From assembly GCA_001600815.1 (NCBI GenBank), contig BCKZ01000008.1:248001-312000 (forward strand): DNA of 64,000 bases, written 5' to 3'. This DNA is from Alloascoidea hylecoeti. Lineage: Eukaryota. The position numbers and the translations under genes are program-made. Under the pieces are notes generated by a model that saw only the letters and a program-made list of their open reading frames with translations, made no database searches and was not told the origin of the DNA. This document shows positions 1 to 16,578 of this stretch, one piece after another. Every line of letters starts with the position of its first letter. Within the stretch, counting starts at the first letter, position 1.

Positions 1-610
1 CTTTTAAAGTTTCTTCATCTTCATCGATATCCATTAAGTCTTCATCTTTTACAACTTCTTCATCAGGATCCTTATCTTCTAATAAAGCTTTAATTTCACT
101 TTCTTTCAACTCAATAGTCTGTTTCGATATCATAGTATTAATATATTCTTGAACTTCTTTTCGTTGTTCCTTTAATTTTATAGCCTGTATTAACATTTGC
201 TCATATTCCTGTTGCTTTTTATTATATTCTTTAACTTTTAAAGATATTTCAACTTTATCATGATTATAATTGGCAACTTCTTGATTATTCATTTTAAGCT
301 GTGCTTGTGTTTTTTGTAGGTATAAATAATATGATGAAATGTCTGCCATGATAAGCCCACCCAAAGCTTTCCTATATAAATTATTAGTTATTAATAGCAA
401 TCAAATTAATAGTTCTTTTAAGTCTTACACGTCTTTGGTAGAATCACCATTTAATAAAATGTTATAATTTTTCACCAATCTTTTTATGGGGTTTTCATTG
501 ATGGTAACGCGTTCTCTTATTGACTCATCTATAATGTAATCTGTTAGAAGAAGATATTTGTTGGGTTAGAATATTTATATGGGATTCTTACCTTCGTTGA
601 AACTAGACAT
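1..610 (-). CDS. THO complex subunit 7 (THOC7/Mft1-like), two introns, 3' end outside the window
   Basis: Manual splicing: ATG at 610, intron ~591-529 (GTAAGA..CTAAC..TAG), second intron GTAAGA..ACTAAT..TAG at ~428-372. Product: MSSFNEDESIRERVTINENPIKRLVKNY...LQKTQAQLKMNNQEVANY...LIQAIKLKEQRKE, a THOC7-like coiled-coil pattern. Not in the ORF track. Confidence 0.65.
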
Positions 611-739
611 TTTTCGTTAAAGGTTGGTTATTAGTTGATGGTTGAAAAATGAAAATTGAAGGTTGAAACATCCAAACCTTCAACAAATCCAACTTCACCA
701 CTAGACAATCAACTCAAAAATACAAGACTAAGACGAAAA

Positions 740-3094
740 ATGTCTCATAATTATTATCAAGCAATTGCAGTTTTATCGGCTTCTGCTGATATTGACCAGC
801 TTAAAACAATCCCTAGAACACAAGAATATTCCCGACTTATTGATATACTAAGCATCTTTTTACATTATATACCAGAATACGTGGACTCAAATGACTTGAC
901 ACTTGTATTTGATTTTATTATTTCAGAAACTGATACTGAAGAAGATTTAATATCATGGAGTGAGAACTACGATACAATAAATAATGAAATGATAAATAAT
1001 AATTTATTACAATTATCAAATGAGAACCTTGGATGGAACTCAACTTCATTAAAAACAAACATTCTTAAAATCCCAGAATTAATCACCATTTGGTTAAAAG
1101 CAAGAATTAGAATGATAAATTTATTATTACCAATATATAATTATCATGGTTTTTTAGTATTATATCATGAATGGATAAGTGATACTTCAAATGAAGAAAC
1201 AAATATATATGAATTTAAAAATTGGTTTAATGGAATAATTAATCCAATGAATTATTTCAATACAACGTTAAATTTAAATCTATCAATATTAGATTTTGAA
1301 GCTACTGATCATGAATATATACTAAAAAATACATTACGCGATGGGCAATTTATTGGACATATTGCTCCTTATCTTTCATATACAAATACTTGGAAATATT
1401 TATCAAAATTATTAATTGAACTTTCAATAAATAATGAAACAGAAAATGGAAAAGTTGAAAAAAATGAAGAAGATATTTCTAATTTAAAATTAATTAATAG
1501 TTTAATTAATCAAATTTCCGGTGTTAAAAATCAATATGATTTAAATATTTTAAAAGATATTATTCATTCAATTTTAATTCATATTTTTACAAATGATTAT
1601 TTAAACAATACTAATAGTTTATTATTATTAGATATTTTTCAAAATATTTCAACATTATTACCATTAGATTCAACACAAAAGGAAATAAAAACTCTTGATT
1701 CAATTTTTTTAACAAATGATCCAGAAATTTGTTCCAAATCTCCAATTTTAATACCAAATCAATTAAATATTAATATGTTTATAACATTACAACAAATAAT
1801 AATTAAAATGAAATTATCTGATGAATTGACATTAAGAGAATTAATTGCAATTAAATTTAATGGTAGTAAAAATGATCAATTAGATATATTAATTAAATTT
1901 TTAAAAATATTTATTGATTGGAAATTAAAATTTTCAATTATTTTTAAATATAAAAGTTTTATATTTAATAAAATTGATAATCTTAATGAAGTTTTATTTA
2001 TATCGTTATTAAATTCAAATCAATATGAATTAATTCAATTATATTTTATTGATTCATCATCAACTTTGAATTCATTTTTAATTAATTCTTTACCTAATGA
2101 TTTCATTCAAAATACCTTATTAAAATCGATTAATGATAACTTTAATAAAGCATCAAATGGTAGTAAATCTATAGGATATATGAAACAACTTGATCAAACA
2201 CTTTCATTATTAACAAATTTTAAAATTGATTCAAAAATAATTAAAGAATGGAAATGTTTAGTGAAAGTAATTGATATATTATCTGAATACTCTTTAACTA
2301 TTATACCTGATGTTCCATTTCGTCCAATACAAATGAAATCCGTTTCAGCTGAAGATATAATTGAAAATTTACTTGAAAGGAATAATAATTTTTATAAAGA
2401 TTTACCTAAACTTTTATCAATATTTTATGATCTTGAATATGGTCTTTCTGTAATAAATGATGAAACTAATGATGATAATGATGATTCTAATAATACATCA
2501 AAACAAAGCTGTAAACTTATTGCTAAATGTGTTCATGCTGCAATAAGCGAACAAGATTTTGATACGGGTTATGAATACCTTAAAGAATTGTATAATTCTG
2601 TTGTTAATGATAGAACACAATTATCATCTTTTTGGCTAGCATTTTATCAATTGGGGAAATTTCAACCTATAAATTCTTTTTCTGATGATTCTAAATACAC
2701 TGATTTTTTACAACGTAAATTACATGCTCTATCATGGACAATGGAGATTTGCCCACAGGATGTGTTAACAACGGTAATTAGAACATGGAGAGATGTATCA
2801 AATGAATATGACGACTTAATAATATATAATAATACCACTGATATGAGCAAGATATTACCATTCACGTTCGAAACCCCAATTATCCAAGAAACACTACCAA
2901 ATCGTCAGCAAACTACAAACTCAAGTGGGTTTAGTGTACCACAAGTTAATGATCTCAAAGAATCTATTAATGACGATGGTCATATATCATTTGGAGGCCT
3001 ACCAGATCTAAAAGAAGGAAAGAAGAACGTAAAAGGATTGTTTGTTAAAGGTTTAAGTTGGGCTATAGGTGCTACACCACATACAATGGGGTAA
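740..3094 (+). CDS. SEC39: Sec39-like Dsl1 tethering complex subunit
   Basis: Long helical protein with FNKASNGSKSIGYMKQ, ALSWTMEICPQDVLTTVIRTW and C-terminal KGLSWAIGA, as in fungal Sec39. First ATG is at 740; the track start at 656 is TTG. Confidence 0.75.
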   Translation: MSHNYYQAIAVLSASADIDQLKTIPRTQEYSRLIDILSIFLHYIPEYVDSNDLTLVFDFIISETDTEEDLISWSENYDTINNEMINNNLLQLSNENLGWNSTSLKTNILKIPELITIWLKARIRMINLLLPIYNYHGFLVLYHEWISDTSNEETNIYEFKNWFNGIINPMNYFNTTLNLNLSILDFEATDHEYILKNTLRDGQFIGHIAPYLSYTNTWKYLSKLLIELSINNETENGKVEKNEEDISNLKLINSLINQISGVKNQYDLNILKDIIHSILIHIFTNDYLNNTNSLLLLDIFQNISTLLPLDSTQKEIKTLDSIFLTNDPEICSKSPILIPNQLNINMFITLQQIIIKMKLSDELTLRELIAIKFNGSKNDQLDILIKFLKIFIDWKLKFSIIFKYKSFIFNKIDNLNEVLFISLLNSNQYELIQLYFIDSSSTLNSFLINSLPNDFIQNTLLKSINDNFNKASNGSKSIGYMKQLDQTLSLLTNFKIDSKIIKEWKCLVKVIDILSEYSLTIIPDVPFRPIQMKSVSAEDIIENLLERNNNFYKDLPKLLSIFYDLEYGLSVINDETNDDNDDSNNTSKQSCKLIAKCVHAAISEQDFDTGYEYLKELYNSVVNDRTQLSSFWLAFYQLGKFQPINSFSDDSKYTDFLQRKLHALSWTMEICPQDVLTTVIRTWRDVSNEYDDLIIYNNTTDMSKILPFTFETPIIQETLPNRQQTTNSSGFSVPQVNDLKESINDDGHISFGGLPDLKEGKKNVKGLFVKGLSWAIGATPHTMG

Positions 3095-3190
3095 TTATAA
3101 TGTATTTATTTACTTTTATTTATAAAAAAGAAATATTTACACAAAAAAATATGTACAATTTTTGTTGTTTTTTCAAACTAGTAGTTCTTT

Positions 3191-4140
3191 CTATGATTGT
3201 TGTTTTTGGACATACTTATCCAAAACTTCCATTTCTTTGTAAAATGGCGTTATAACTCCATCTGTTTCTTTTCTGTATTCTAAAACGTTATTCAATGCCG
3301 ATTTCATACCTTCAAGATCATGAGAAGCTGTGAAAACAATATAACATTCTCCAATGTCTTTTAATTGATCAATTTCAACCCCAGAATGAGGTTTAAATTT
3401 TGCGAATTTCAAATTGGCAATATATCGAATACCATCAGCAAAATTCTTATCAACGGTATTTTCGGCAATATCAGTACTAATTCCAAAATAAGCATATTGA
3501 GCTCTTTCCAATTGTTCAGCAATATCAGTATCTTCAATTTCAGTAGCTAAGTAACGTTTTTTAAAGCTTTTTAATATTTTACTTTTATTCTTTAAGAATT
3601 CTTTTTGACCTTCTTCCCAACCATGATATTGCTCACTAAGTACGTGCCGTATTCTCCATAATGTTTCACGACACATATTTGATTGACTAACAAATGTTTC
3701 AAAATCTCCTTCATGGAATTTCTCGACTAATTTTTCTTCTCTTGCAAGCGCATTTATTTCAATGAGATTTTTATACCAAATGATCTGTAAATCTTCAAAT
3801 GATTTTCTTCGTAATTCAGGAATTGACCAAGATCTTACTAGATCAATATAAAAAAAAAAAAAGTTAATGTCGTTCTATAATACAAATCTAGTTATTTTAC
3901 AAACATACCACCAGTATCTAAATCTTCAGGTTTTCTCAAATACTGCTTATTAGGGAAAAACTGCCATAAAGGATGGTCTTCAGGAACTTTGATGTTTCCA
4001 ATAGTTGGCATGATTGGTTCCTTTAAGACAATTGACCCACGAAGTCTCCTACTAGCCATAGCCGAAGAGTGGAAATGTGCAACAGATGGAAGAACACGAG
4101 GAGTTGCGATTTCCTTCAATATTGTAGTTCTGGCAAACAT
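3191..4140 (-). CDS. MRPL4: Mitochondrial ribosomal protein uL29m (Mrpl4), one intron
   Basis: Exon 1 has a presequence and VPEDHPLWQFF. Intron 3908-3838 (GTATGT..ACTAG/ATTAAC..TAG). Exon 2 continues VRSWSIPELRRKSFEDLQIIWY...MCRETLWRIRHVLSE. Confidence 0.9.
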
Positions 4141-4299
4141 TTTAGGATTTCTTGATGAGTGAAGATTTCTTTTTTTTTCCTTTAGAGTGAAAATTGAAAA
4201 ATGAAAATTATCTGGTGGTTTGGTGTTTGGATGTTAGATAATTATCAACAGTTTGATCTTTTGAGTATATTCATTTCAGAAGAAAACAATTTTAGAAAA

Positions 4300-4709
4300 A
4301 TGGCAGAAGTCGCAACGGAAGCTCCAGCATCAGAACCCCTTGATCTCATTAAGATATCACTCGATGAACGAGTGTATGTCAAGTTAAGAGGAGGTCGTGA
4401 ATTGGAAGGGAAATTACATGTAAGTTATCCCCGATCTTATAAATATATCAAAAACTAATATTTATATTTATCTTTTAGGCTTATGATTCACATTGTAATC
4501 TGGTGCTGAGTCAAGTTACAGAAACAATTTATACTGTCAATGAAGAAGATGACACCGTGAATGTAAGTTTTATATTCTTTTTTCTTTGTGGTACACAACA
4601 CAAACACAAAACAAGTTTGTTAACTTTCATTTTTTAGACGGAGAAAAAACAATCTGAAATGTTATTTGTTCGTGGAGATTCGGTAATATTAATTAGTGCT
4701 TCGTTATAA
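4300..4709 (+). CDS. LSM3: Sm-like protein Lsm3, two introns
   Basis: Exons 4300-4419, 4479-4562 and 4638-4709 give [47 protein letters not shown]...[20 protein letters not shown]. Both introns are GTAAGT..TAG. Confidence 0.93.
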
Positions 4710-4826
4710 GAAGATTGAGATATAATATCTCTTTTTGTGTATACTACAAATGGTTTAAAACACTTTTTTTTTCTATCGTCATATAAATCTTATAAAATAT
4801 TCTCATGATCAAATTAAAACATAAAT

Positions 4827-7800
4827 TTAAATCGAATTCCTTCTAACACGTTGGGGTTTCATTTTATTATTTGGTGTTTGAGCACCTGGAATTTGTGGCA
4901 AAGTACCATCTTTTTTCCATTTTTCCAATAATTCTTTACAATAATTTCCAGCAACTTTATAAATTTCTTCAAATCTTCCAAAATCTAACGTTCCGTATCC
5001 TTCAACTGGAGGTCTGATATAAAGAACACCTGGAGTCATCTTAGCAACTTCTAATGCTTTGACACTGGAAACATAGGCTAATCGGGATTGAATATCAGTT
5101 AAACTTGGAACATTAGGATGTTTAGAAAATGGATTCCATCTATTAAACACGACCCATACTCCAGATAATGAATCACCGTAGGACATTGGTGTTCTATCAT
5201 CAATACTACCCACATCAACTGCTAGAATGATACTTGCTCCTCTATCTTTCATTTCCAATACTGGCAAATTGTCGACATAACCTCCATCGAGTAACATACT
5301 ACCATCACTATCAGTAATTGGTGGTAATAACCCCGCAAGGGACATTGATGCTCTAATATATCTCCAGGCATACCCTCTTGTATGTATTTCCATTCTTGAA
5401 TGTGTGATATTTGTAGTATTTGCAAAAAATGGTAACCAAAAATCTTCAATTCTACTATCTCCAAAAGCTTTCCAGATACCTCTATTGAATTCATGACCTG
5501 TTGTATATGAAGTAGCAGGATATGTTAAATCTAAAGCCATTCTCCACATACTTGATATACGTCCTGCAAATTTCTTAGCTCTTCCATAAATTGGAACTAA
5601 ATCATAATCTTTTGCATAAAGACCTCCAACAAATGATCCAATGGAAGTTCCACCAATTAAATCAACAGGTATACCAAATTCTTCCAAAGTTCTAATTATA
5701 CCTATATGAGCAATACCTCTTGCTCCTCCACCTCCAAGAACCAAACCAACGGCCTGTCCAGACAATATACGTGCCAATCTATTAAAATCATTTTTATGAA
5801 CTTGAGTTGAAGAATATATTGGTTTTGTTGAAGGTCTATATTTTGCGATAATATCAGCACCTAATGTTTCAACTTTTGTTTTTAAATCTTTAGCTAATCT
5901 TATTGATAATTTTGTTCTTGATAAATTCCTTTCAACAGGTTGTTGATTTTTTAAATCCATTTGAACATGATGATGGGAATGAACCCAAATTCTATTCTTA
6001 AGCCATGAATCTGTCAAACCAGGTGATACAAATCTTTCTGAATGAATTAAAACTAGTTCTGTTCTAGCAGTTGTTCTCATTTTTAATAATAATCTTTCAT
6101 AATCTCCAATATCTGGTGATGATAAAGCATCAGCAACTAATAAAACACAATCTCCTTGTGCAATACATGTATGAGTCCAATTACCATTAACTGCTGTATC
6201 AGTAATATATAAAACTGTTTGATATCTATCTTCTAATTCAGAAAAATAACCAGATAATTTTAAATTTGCTAATCTATTAAAGGCATGTCTACCTAAATGA
6301 CTTAATATTGAAGCTTGATTTAAAGCAATAACACTTCTCCCAATGGTTTTAAAAGCGGAAACTAACTTTTCACCAAATTCAGCAACTGGCACAGTTGAAC
6401 TAACAGGTAAGATTGTAATTGTTCTATAATTTGCTAATGAATTTGTTGTTTGTAATATAGGAGAAATACTTGAACCACCAGTACCTCTTGTTCCATATAA
6501 TTGATTAGAGGAAATAACAGATTGTTGTCTCATTTTTGAAGCAACAATTCTACTAACTTCAATTGTAATTGAGGGATATTGTAAAGCCAAATTTTCAAAT
6601 AAAGTTCTTGGTAATCTTGCAACCTCAGAATCACGTACTGCAACTAAATTATAAGGAATTGTAGTCGCAGTTAAAACTTCAACTTCACCAATACTATCAC
6701 CTTGACCAAATTCATTTAGAATTCTTAATTTATCATTTTCTTCAATAACACTTCTAAATCTACCATTTAAAACGATATAAATTGCATCAGCTGAATCACC
6801 TTGATTTGTTAAAATTCTACCAGCACTTGTTTGAACCCATTCTAAAGCAAAATCCATATATAAAATACTTTTACTTAAAATATTTGTTAATTTTCTTGCA
6901 ATTGATAAATGAACCAAATAATATTTTTCACAAAACTCTTCAAGATTTGATTTTGAAATAAAACCCATATAAACATCTGAAATTGCTTTAACAGATACAA
7001 AAGATCTATAACCCATTAAGGAACCTAAATAGCCTGCTAAACCACCAGGTTTAACAGTATATAAATTTCTATAAATATCTGATTTATCTTTAAAACCAAC
7101 TTCTAATAAACCATTTACAAGATAAAATAATCCAGGATTTGGTTCATTTTGTTTGATTATAATTGAATCTTTTTTATAAAATGTAATTTCCATTAATTTT
7201 GAAAATTCTCTTTTAACTGTTTCAAATGATACATTACTTTTATCATCATCTACCAATGATGATGACATTGATGACATTGATTCCATTGATAAAACTCTTT
7301 TTATTGGAACATGATTACCCATTGTTCCAATTAAATAATTGCTGTTACTATTCAGATTGTTATTAGCATTATTATTAAATCTTTGATTTAATGGATTTGA
7401 ATCTCTTGATAATGATGGAGAATCAAATGAATTTGGTGTTGAAATAATTCTTTCAATCGAATTTTTATTAATACCTAATAATGAAAATATGCCTTCTGCT
7501 AAAGCTGTTCTTAATGATGTATCTTCTGTTTCTTCTTCAGCAGAAAACATTCTTGTTTTGATTACATCGATGTTTTCTCTTTTATTATTAGTTGTATTAT
7601 AAATTGATTGATATGATGTTTCTTTTCTTGATAATGGTACATTTGTTAATAAGTCACCAGGGTGTAATCTATCCTTTGAATGTAATAAAATTTGTCTTGA
7701 TGAAGATAATCTTTTAATATGATTATTATTATTAATTATAACGGATTCTCTTCTTCTTCGTATACTACTACCGCTACGGTTATTATTATTATTATTACTG

Positions 7801-9285
7801 TTATTATTTTCAGTATTATACTTATTATTATTATTAATATCATTAATATTATCAATTTTGAATTTACTATCATCTTGTAATTTTAAAGAAGTTTGATTTG
7901 GTAATTTTCCATTTGATATAAATTGTTCTTTTGAGGCATCATTTAATCGTTTAATTAATCCATCATGTAAATAAGATGGTAATTCATATTTTGCCATTTC
8001 ATTTAATTTTATTTCAGTTTGAAAAATTTCTGATGTTAAACCAAGATATGAATGGGCTGTTTGTAATGTAACTCTATGTAATTTTGCTAAAATCATTTGT
8101 AAAACATGTGATACAGATTTTGGAAATAGATTTGATAATCTTTTGAATGATTCAGCTGGTATAACAGCAATTGTACTATCAACAGATGCTCTTGCAACTA
8201 TTTCGGGTAAATTGTTTTTTAGTTGTTGTTGATGAGATGATGATGATAATGGCGTATAAGGTTGCTGTAAAGGAGTTATACTAGGACGTAATCTTTCAGG
8301 TATATCTTCAGTATCAGGAGGATACTCATTTAAAGAATATAATGTATATGGAATTGATTCATGTATAGAATCTATTGGTAATGGACTTGGAGTTGGAGTT
8401 GATGAAGGTGGTTCATCAAACGCTGTAAATAAAGATAAAATACTAAATAAAGAAGATAATGAAGCTCCACTTTTAACTTCATTTAATAAATGATATCTTT
8501 CTCCTTCAATAAATAAAGTATCATTATTAAATTGTGAACCTTCAGAAATATTTTGATTTAAATTTGCTTTTGCAAAAACTTGTATTGAACCTTCAACAAC
8601 TATACTAAAACCTGATTTTTCTTCTAATAACATAATTTCATCAGCTTCTAATTTATGAGTTTGCATACTTCTTGTAAGTTCATGAAAGACTGGTTTTTCT
8701 AAATAACCGAATATTCTTATAGCTCTTAGAAACTAAATTTAATTAAATTGTTAAAATTATTATTTGAGTGATGCAGAAAAAAAGGTTACTTACCTCATCT
8801 AAATAACTTGAAAACCCAGATTTGCTATCATCATCTTTATTATTTAAAAAGACATCAACATTTGGTTCTGTTCTGTGGGGTTCACTTGGTAATTTTGAAT
8901 ATAAGGTGAGATATTTGTACCTCACAATAGACCAAGTAAGAGAAATTAAGATCCCCACACATAAGAATCTAAGATCCCAGTTAGTTGAAACTGCATCTCA
9001 GCCACAAACACAAACATCAACACAAATATAAACGTACAGAGTAGAAAAACTCAAAGTAATACTAAAATTTCTTGATAATATTGATAATATGGCAGCAGGA
9101 ATATAATAAACCAAAGTACCAAACAGCTTAAAAAAGATCCAGGACATAATCCACCACCAAATGGATAAAAATGATAACTGTGAACTTTCCCTTGCTGAAG
9201 GCAGCTGCTGAGTCGCAGTCGCACTTATGGTACTTGCCATGGAAGTGGCCAATAAGTTTGCCACCGACGTTGTTGTGTCAGCCAT
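4827..9285 (-). CDS. NTE1: Lysophospholipase Nte1 (cNMP-binding domains + patatin), two introns
   Basis: Patatin motifs GGGGARG, GTSIG and DGG. Introns 9037-8969 (GTACGT..ACTAAC..TAG) and 8793-8733 join the N-terminal TM exons to FLRAIRIFGYLEKPVFHELTRSMQT. Confidence 0.95.
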
Positions 9286-9367
9286 TTCTCACCAACTGAA
9301 CACGGACATAAACATTTAAACTCAAGGAGGTTTGACGTGATCTACTTCGTTACCCGGAAATGCGTTT

Positions 9368-9398
9368 TTTCGTGTTTTTTTTGTTTTTTCCAACGCGT
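9368..9398. promoter_or_regulatory. G1/S elements (SCB TTTCGTG at 9368-9374; MCB ACGCGT at 9393-9398) in the NTE1/MCM6 divergent promoter
   Basis: Exact consensus matches ~85-115 bp upstream of MCM6, a class of gene commonly cell-cycle regulated. Confidence 0.55.
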
Positions 9399-9469
9399 CG
9401 CCAAAATCAATATAATAATTATTTTGGGAAATAATTCAAAACCCCTTTTTTCTTTTTTTGTTCTAATAA

Positions 9470-12439
<2,970 letters not shown>

Positions 12440-13629
12440 ACAGTTAAAGAAAAAAATTAATGTACTATAATAAAACTAGTATAATATATATTTGTCCATC
12501 TGTATTTATTTTGATTTGTTTTGACAATATTAATATAATATAAGATAATCATGTCATTTTATGTCAGGTTCTCCACACAGTTTATAATTGTATCAAATAT
12601 GGGACCCTATATTAATAGTTCCTTTGTGACATTATATCAAAAGTGTTGCTTACAGAACATATATAATAAGTCCTAAATCTATACTTATCAGTATAATTAT
12701 ACCTATATTTATATAAGAAAAATAATATTGTAAGAGAATATTAATATACTTAAAAAGAGTGGTGGAGCATTTTATGTATGTTTTTCCTGTGCATGGCGTT
12801 AAGGTGTGTATTACAATAAGTATAAGTATAATTTAGCTGCATATTATGGCGTTTTAGAATTGGCTATTCCAAAGAAATCCTGAATCTGTTGCACCGAAGA
12901 GAAAGATCACAATTAAAAACTTATAAGCTATTATACCACATTTTCCATTCATAATAATATTGAAAATCAAACTGGTGTTGGGTGATGACTGGGATTGAGA
13001 TTTAAGGAAGATTACTCATCAATAGGGATATACTTATATATGAGACTTTTAATATAATATTAAAATTTTTATGAGCTTTTTACTACAAAAAAATTGTTAG
13101 CATAGCAGTAGTAGATCCAGTATCTCATCAAATAACTTGTGATTCAAAGTGACAAATATATATTAACAAAAAGAATAATGGATTATGATCTGAATAGTTA
13201 TAGGTCCGGTTTTCCGGAATCATTATATAGCGATCGAATTAGTTGGTCTTGATTATCTCTAGCTTATATTGCAATTGAAAATGTAAGAATTGTTGATTTT
13301 TTCTGAAGCCAAAAAGAGTTTGAAGGAATGAAATGGTATCTACTGTGGTCCTAATATGGGGAAATTCAGCTGAGTAAAAGTGTAACTATTGGAGGTCGTG
13401 AGTTGATACTTTCGTTGATACTTTCATTGAATAAGTAGTTTAATGAATTAATCAACCCTATCTAATATATTTATTAATATTGTTTAATTATACCATTCTC
13501 TTACATTATTATAGGAAATTGATCCTCAACTTTGTATTAAATTTGTTACATTAAATATAACATGTATACAATAACTATAATAACTTTTATAATATAATTA
13601 GAGTTTGTGTTCCTTATGAAGCTAATGTC

Positions 13630-15826
13630 TTATCATCAGCCAATATCTTAATCAACATTTAAGGGCATCATTTCCAAAAAAGCTAAAACATTTTCAGCTG
13701 TTCAGTATCTTTGTTATTTGTAACTGTCAACTAGACTAATTGCGAAATTAATTTCTTCTTCATTGTGTACATGGGTAAGCCAGATTCAGTCTCTTAAATT
13801 TTTCATTTGTAATATCGGAAAATGATTTATTTTCTGAACTTTGAACTCCAGATACTGATTCATTATGCCAGTCCTTTTTGGTTTTTGGCGACATATTCGA
13901 TCCGTTAATAAGTTTATCACCATGGAAGGTATTATTAAAATTTGGAAAGAGAGAAATTTTTGGATACATCCTATATTGTGTATCCAAAAAATAACTTTGA
14001 TTGGCATTGGTTTTTTTCAAACGAAGTAAAAAACTTTGTTCGTAATTGAACTCTTGTACCGCTTTTTTGGACATGACAGTTGGGGGAAGTTGTTTTGAAT
14101 CTCCAACAAGAATAACATGACTGGTTTGGTGTCTTAAAGGTATCAGTAAACTAGGTTCAGTGCATTGATTAGCCTCATCGATGATGATAATATCAAAAGA
14201 TATTGATGAATCTTTAAGGAAGGCGTTGACAGAAGCACTTAAAGTTGTACAAACAACAGATGAGTTTCCTATAATTTCTATTTTTATTTTCTTCAATCTT
14301 TTCTTTTCATCTCTTTTGGTGGACGAATCCATTTCTTCTAGTGATAGCTCATTTCCTGAGGATATCAAAATATCAGAAACATTTTTTAGACTACATTTTC
14401 TTGCGGAAAATTGGGATAATTTCTTTTCCAACTCATCTCTCGTGAAAGACTCTTCTTCTACTGAAGTATCATTAATTTCTTTTTTAATCTTTAAAAGCTC
14501 TAGGTCACAGACTTGTATTGAGTAATTAGTATCTTTAAGCTTTTCCGCCGCATAATCCTCATTGAATTGATTTGCTTCTACTTCGACTCCATTTTTATTT
14601 AAATATTTGAAAATATTATCATATTTAATAGCTGAGTTTAATGTATTTTTAGATGATTCTTTACGTGTTAATTTGGAATCACCAATACGTATAACTTTTG
14701 GTGATCGAACATCAATTGGATATATACTATTCAATCTTTTTACTAGTTCATCAACAGCTGCATTACTTGGTGTACATACCAATATTCTCTTAGCCGGTTT
14801 TATAGATGAAAACTCAGGATCTGCTTCAATCAATTTTTGGAGAAATTGTTCATCAGTAGCACATCTAATTATTGCAGTAATAGTTCTTGTTTTCCCCGTA
14901 CCTGGAGGACCATGAATCATTGAAATTCCTTTGGTAGATCTAAGTGTACCAGCAGCTGCATGGGCTTGTGATCCATTAAGGTTATATTCTTTCATTAACA
15001 ATTCACCAGTATTAGAGTTCAATGTAAAAAGAGGTTCAGTTCGACCTTTAACAATATTGTCTTCCAGCAAAAATGGAAACTCCTTATCAATTGCATTGTA
15101 CTCCCTCTCCGCAGAAATTAGATTAATGGTGTTTAATGCGAATAGTTGATTATTACTGTTAATTATCCTTTCATTCTCAAATTTGGATGTAATAAAAAGT
15201 AATTTTAATTCTGTATTTCCATTCAATTTCGGGGAAGTGAAATCAAGCTTCCTGTCATAATCAGTTAAGTCTGTTCTAGCAATTTTTGCATAACAGGAGT
15301 CATTGACTAAGTCTTCAAAAATATCTAATTTTTCAGGAAATTCAACTCCTCTCTCACTCAAAGTGTAGACAAGTAACAAATCATGTTCTGTAATATTAGC
15401 CTGAATTGCTTCTCTCTTGTTGACTTGAGCTTCAACAACTGTCCAGCCATCTATTTTACACTTGTTCAAAACTTTGATCGAAATACCCTTTTTCAACATC
15501 TGACTTTTAGCTCCTTTGAGAGAATCCCAACATTCGAATTTCACCAATGGCTTAAAGATACTTTTGTAGTGATTCAAAGAAGTAAATTTTAATGGAACTT
15601 TGTTACAGTTTTCTAATTCGCTGGATGCTGAAGAATTACTGTTACATGGCCAATTCAAGACCGTATTAGCGAATTGTGTTCCTTGGTGAATCACGATCTC
15701 ATAAGCCACCTGCTCCAAAGAAGATTTTATTTTTCTGCTGTTAAGATCTTCTGAATCGCTTGAGCTTTCAGCATCATAGTATACCTCATTAGAGGAGTTG
15801 GATTCGTATGCTTTAAAAAAGCACAT
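13630..15826 (-). pseudogene. Sen1/Upf1-family SF1B helicase paralog, C-terminally frameshifted and lacking the Sen1 N-terminal domain
   Basis: 688-aa ORF with HGPPGTGKT, TPSNAAVDE, IIDEANQCTE, LVGDSKQLPPTV and LDTQYRM. Homology continues out of frame past the stop (NEEEINFAISLV; FFGNDALKC). Motifs V and VI are absent from the ORF. Confidence 0.75.
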
Positions 15827-16200
15827 TCAAACTCTAGTTTAATTTAAATATAGTAAATGGGGGAACACTTTAGACATCAACTTATTTATACATTTAAGCA
15901 ATTGCTATAGCTGTTATGTAAAAATAAATGTACTACTCACATTTACGAAAAACTAATGTATTTTATATTTACAAATAAATATTCTATTTATGATTATTGG
16001 GTATTTTTGCTTCGAGATACTTCATTAGTTTCAATTACAGCTAGTTCAAGAATTTTACCTATATAGTTGAAATTCATACACCTTTTGCTGTGTAAATCTA
16101 GATCTCTATTATTAATTATAGAATATATAAATAAAATGACTTGATTGAAAAACACTATAATCATCAAATTAATCTATATATAGGCTCTATAACTAATATA

Positions 16201-16578
16201 TGGTGCACATCACTAAAAATGAACAACTTTTAGGAAAAACAAAACCTTACCCCTCGCACAAAATGTGTCCACACCAAAATCACTTCGACTACATATTAAA
16301 TACGACAAAAGGTGGATAAATGGAAAAGGTAAATCTTGAAGTTTCAAAATTTTACGCTTCTTTGACAAAAAATCCTGTTGGCCTCCCAATTTCTCGGCCA
16401 TAACTATGTGACGCACATGCGTGAAAGCAATAATACTTACAAAAACTGTACATTATCTATGCATATGCATATGCATACTGAAATGTTTCTCCATTGCGTA
16501 AGCTGTGTAGTTGCATGCAGATTCCACGAGACTAAATTCGCGAGAAAGAAAGTTGTTCATTTTCAGTGACGTGCACCA
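16201..16578. mobile_element. MITE, 378 bp, 30-bp terminal inverted repeats, TA flanks
   Basis: TGGTGCACATCACTAAAAATGAACAACTTT (16201-16230) matches the reverse complement of 16549-16578 with 2 mismatches. TA on both sides; no coding capacity. Confidence 0.85.

Noticed and set aside
656..739. N-terminal extension of SEC39 in the ORF track
   Set aside because: Starts at TTG; the first ATG in A-rich context is at 740.
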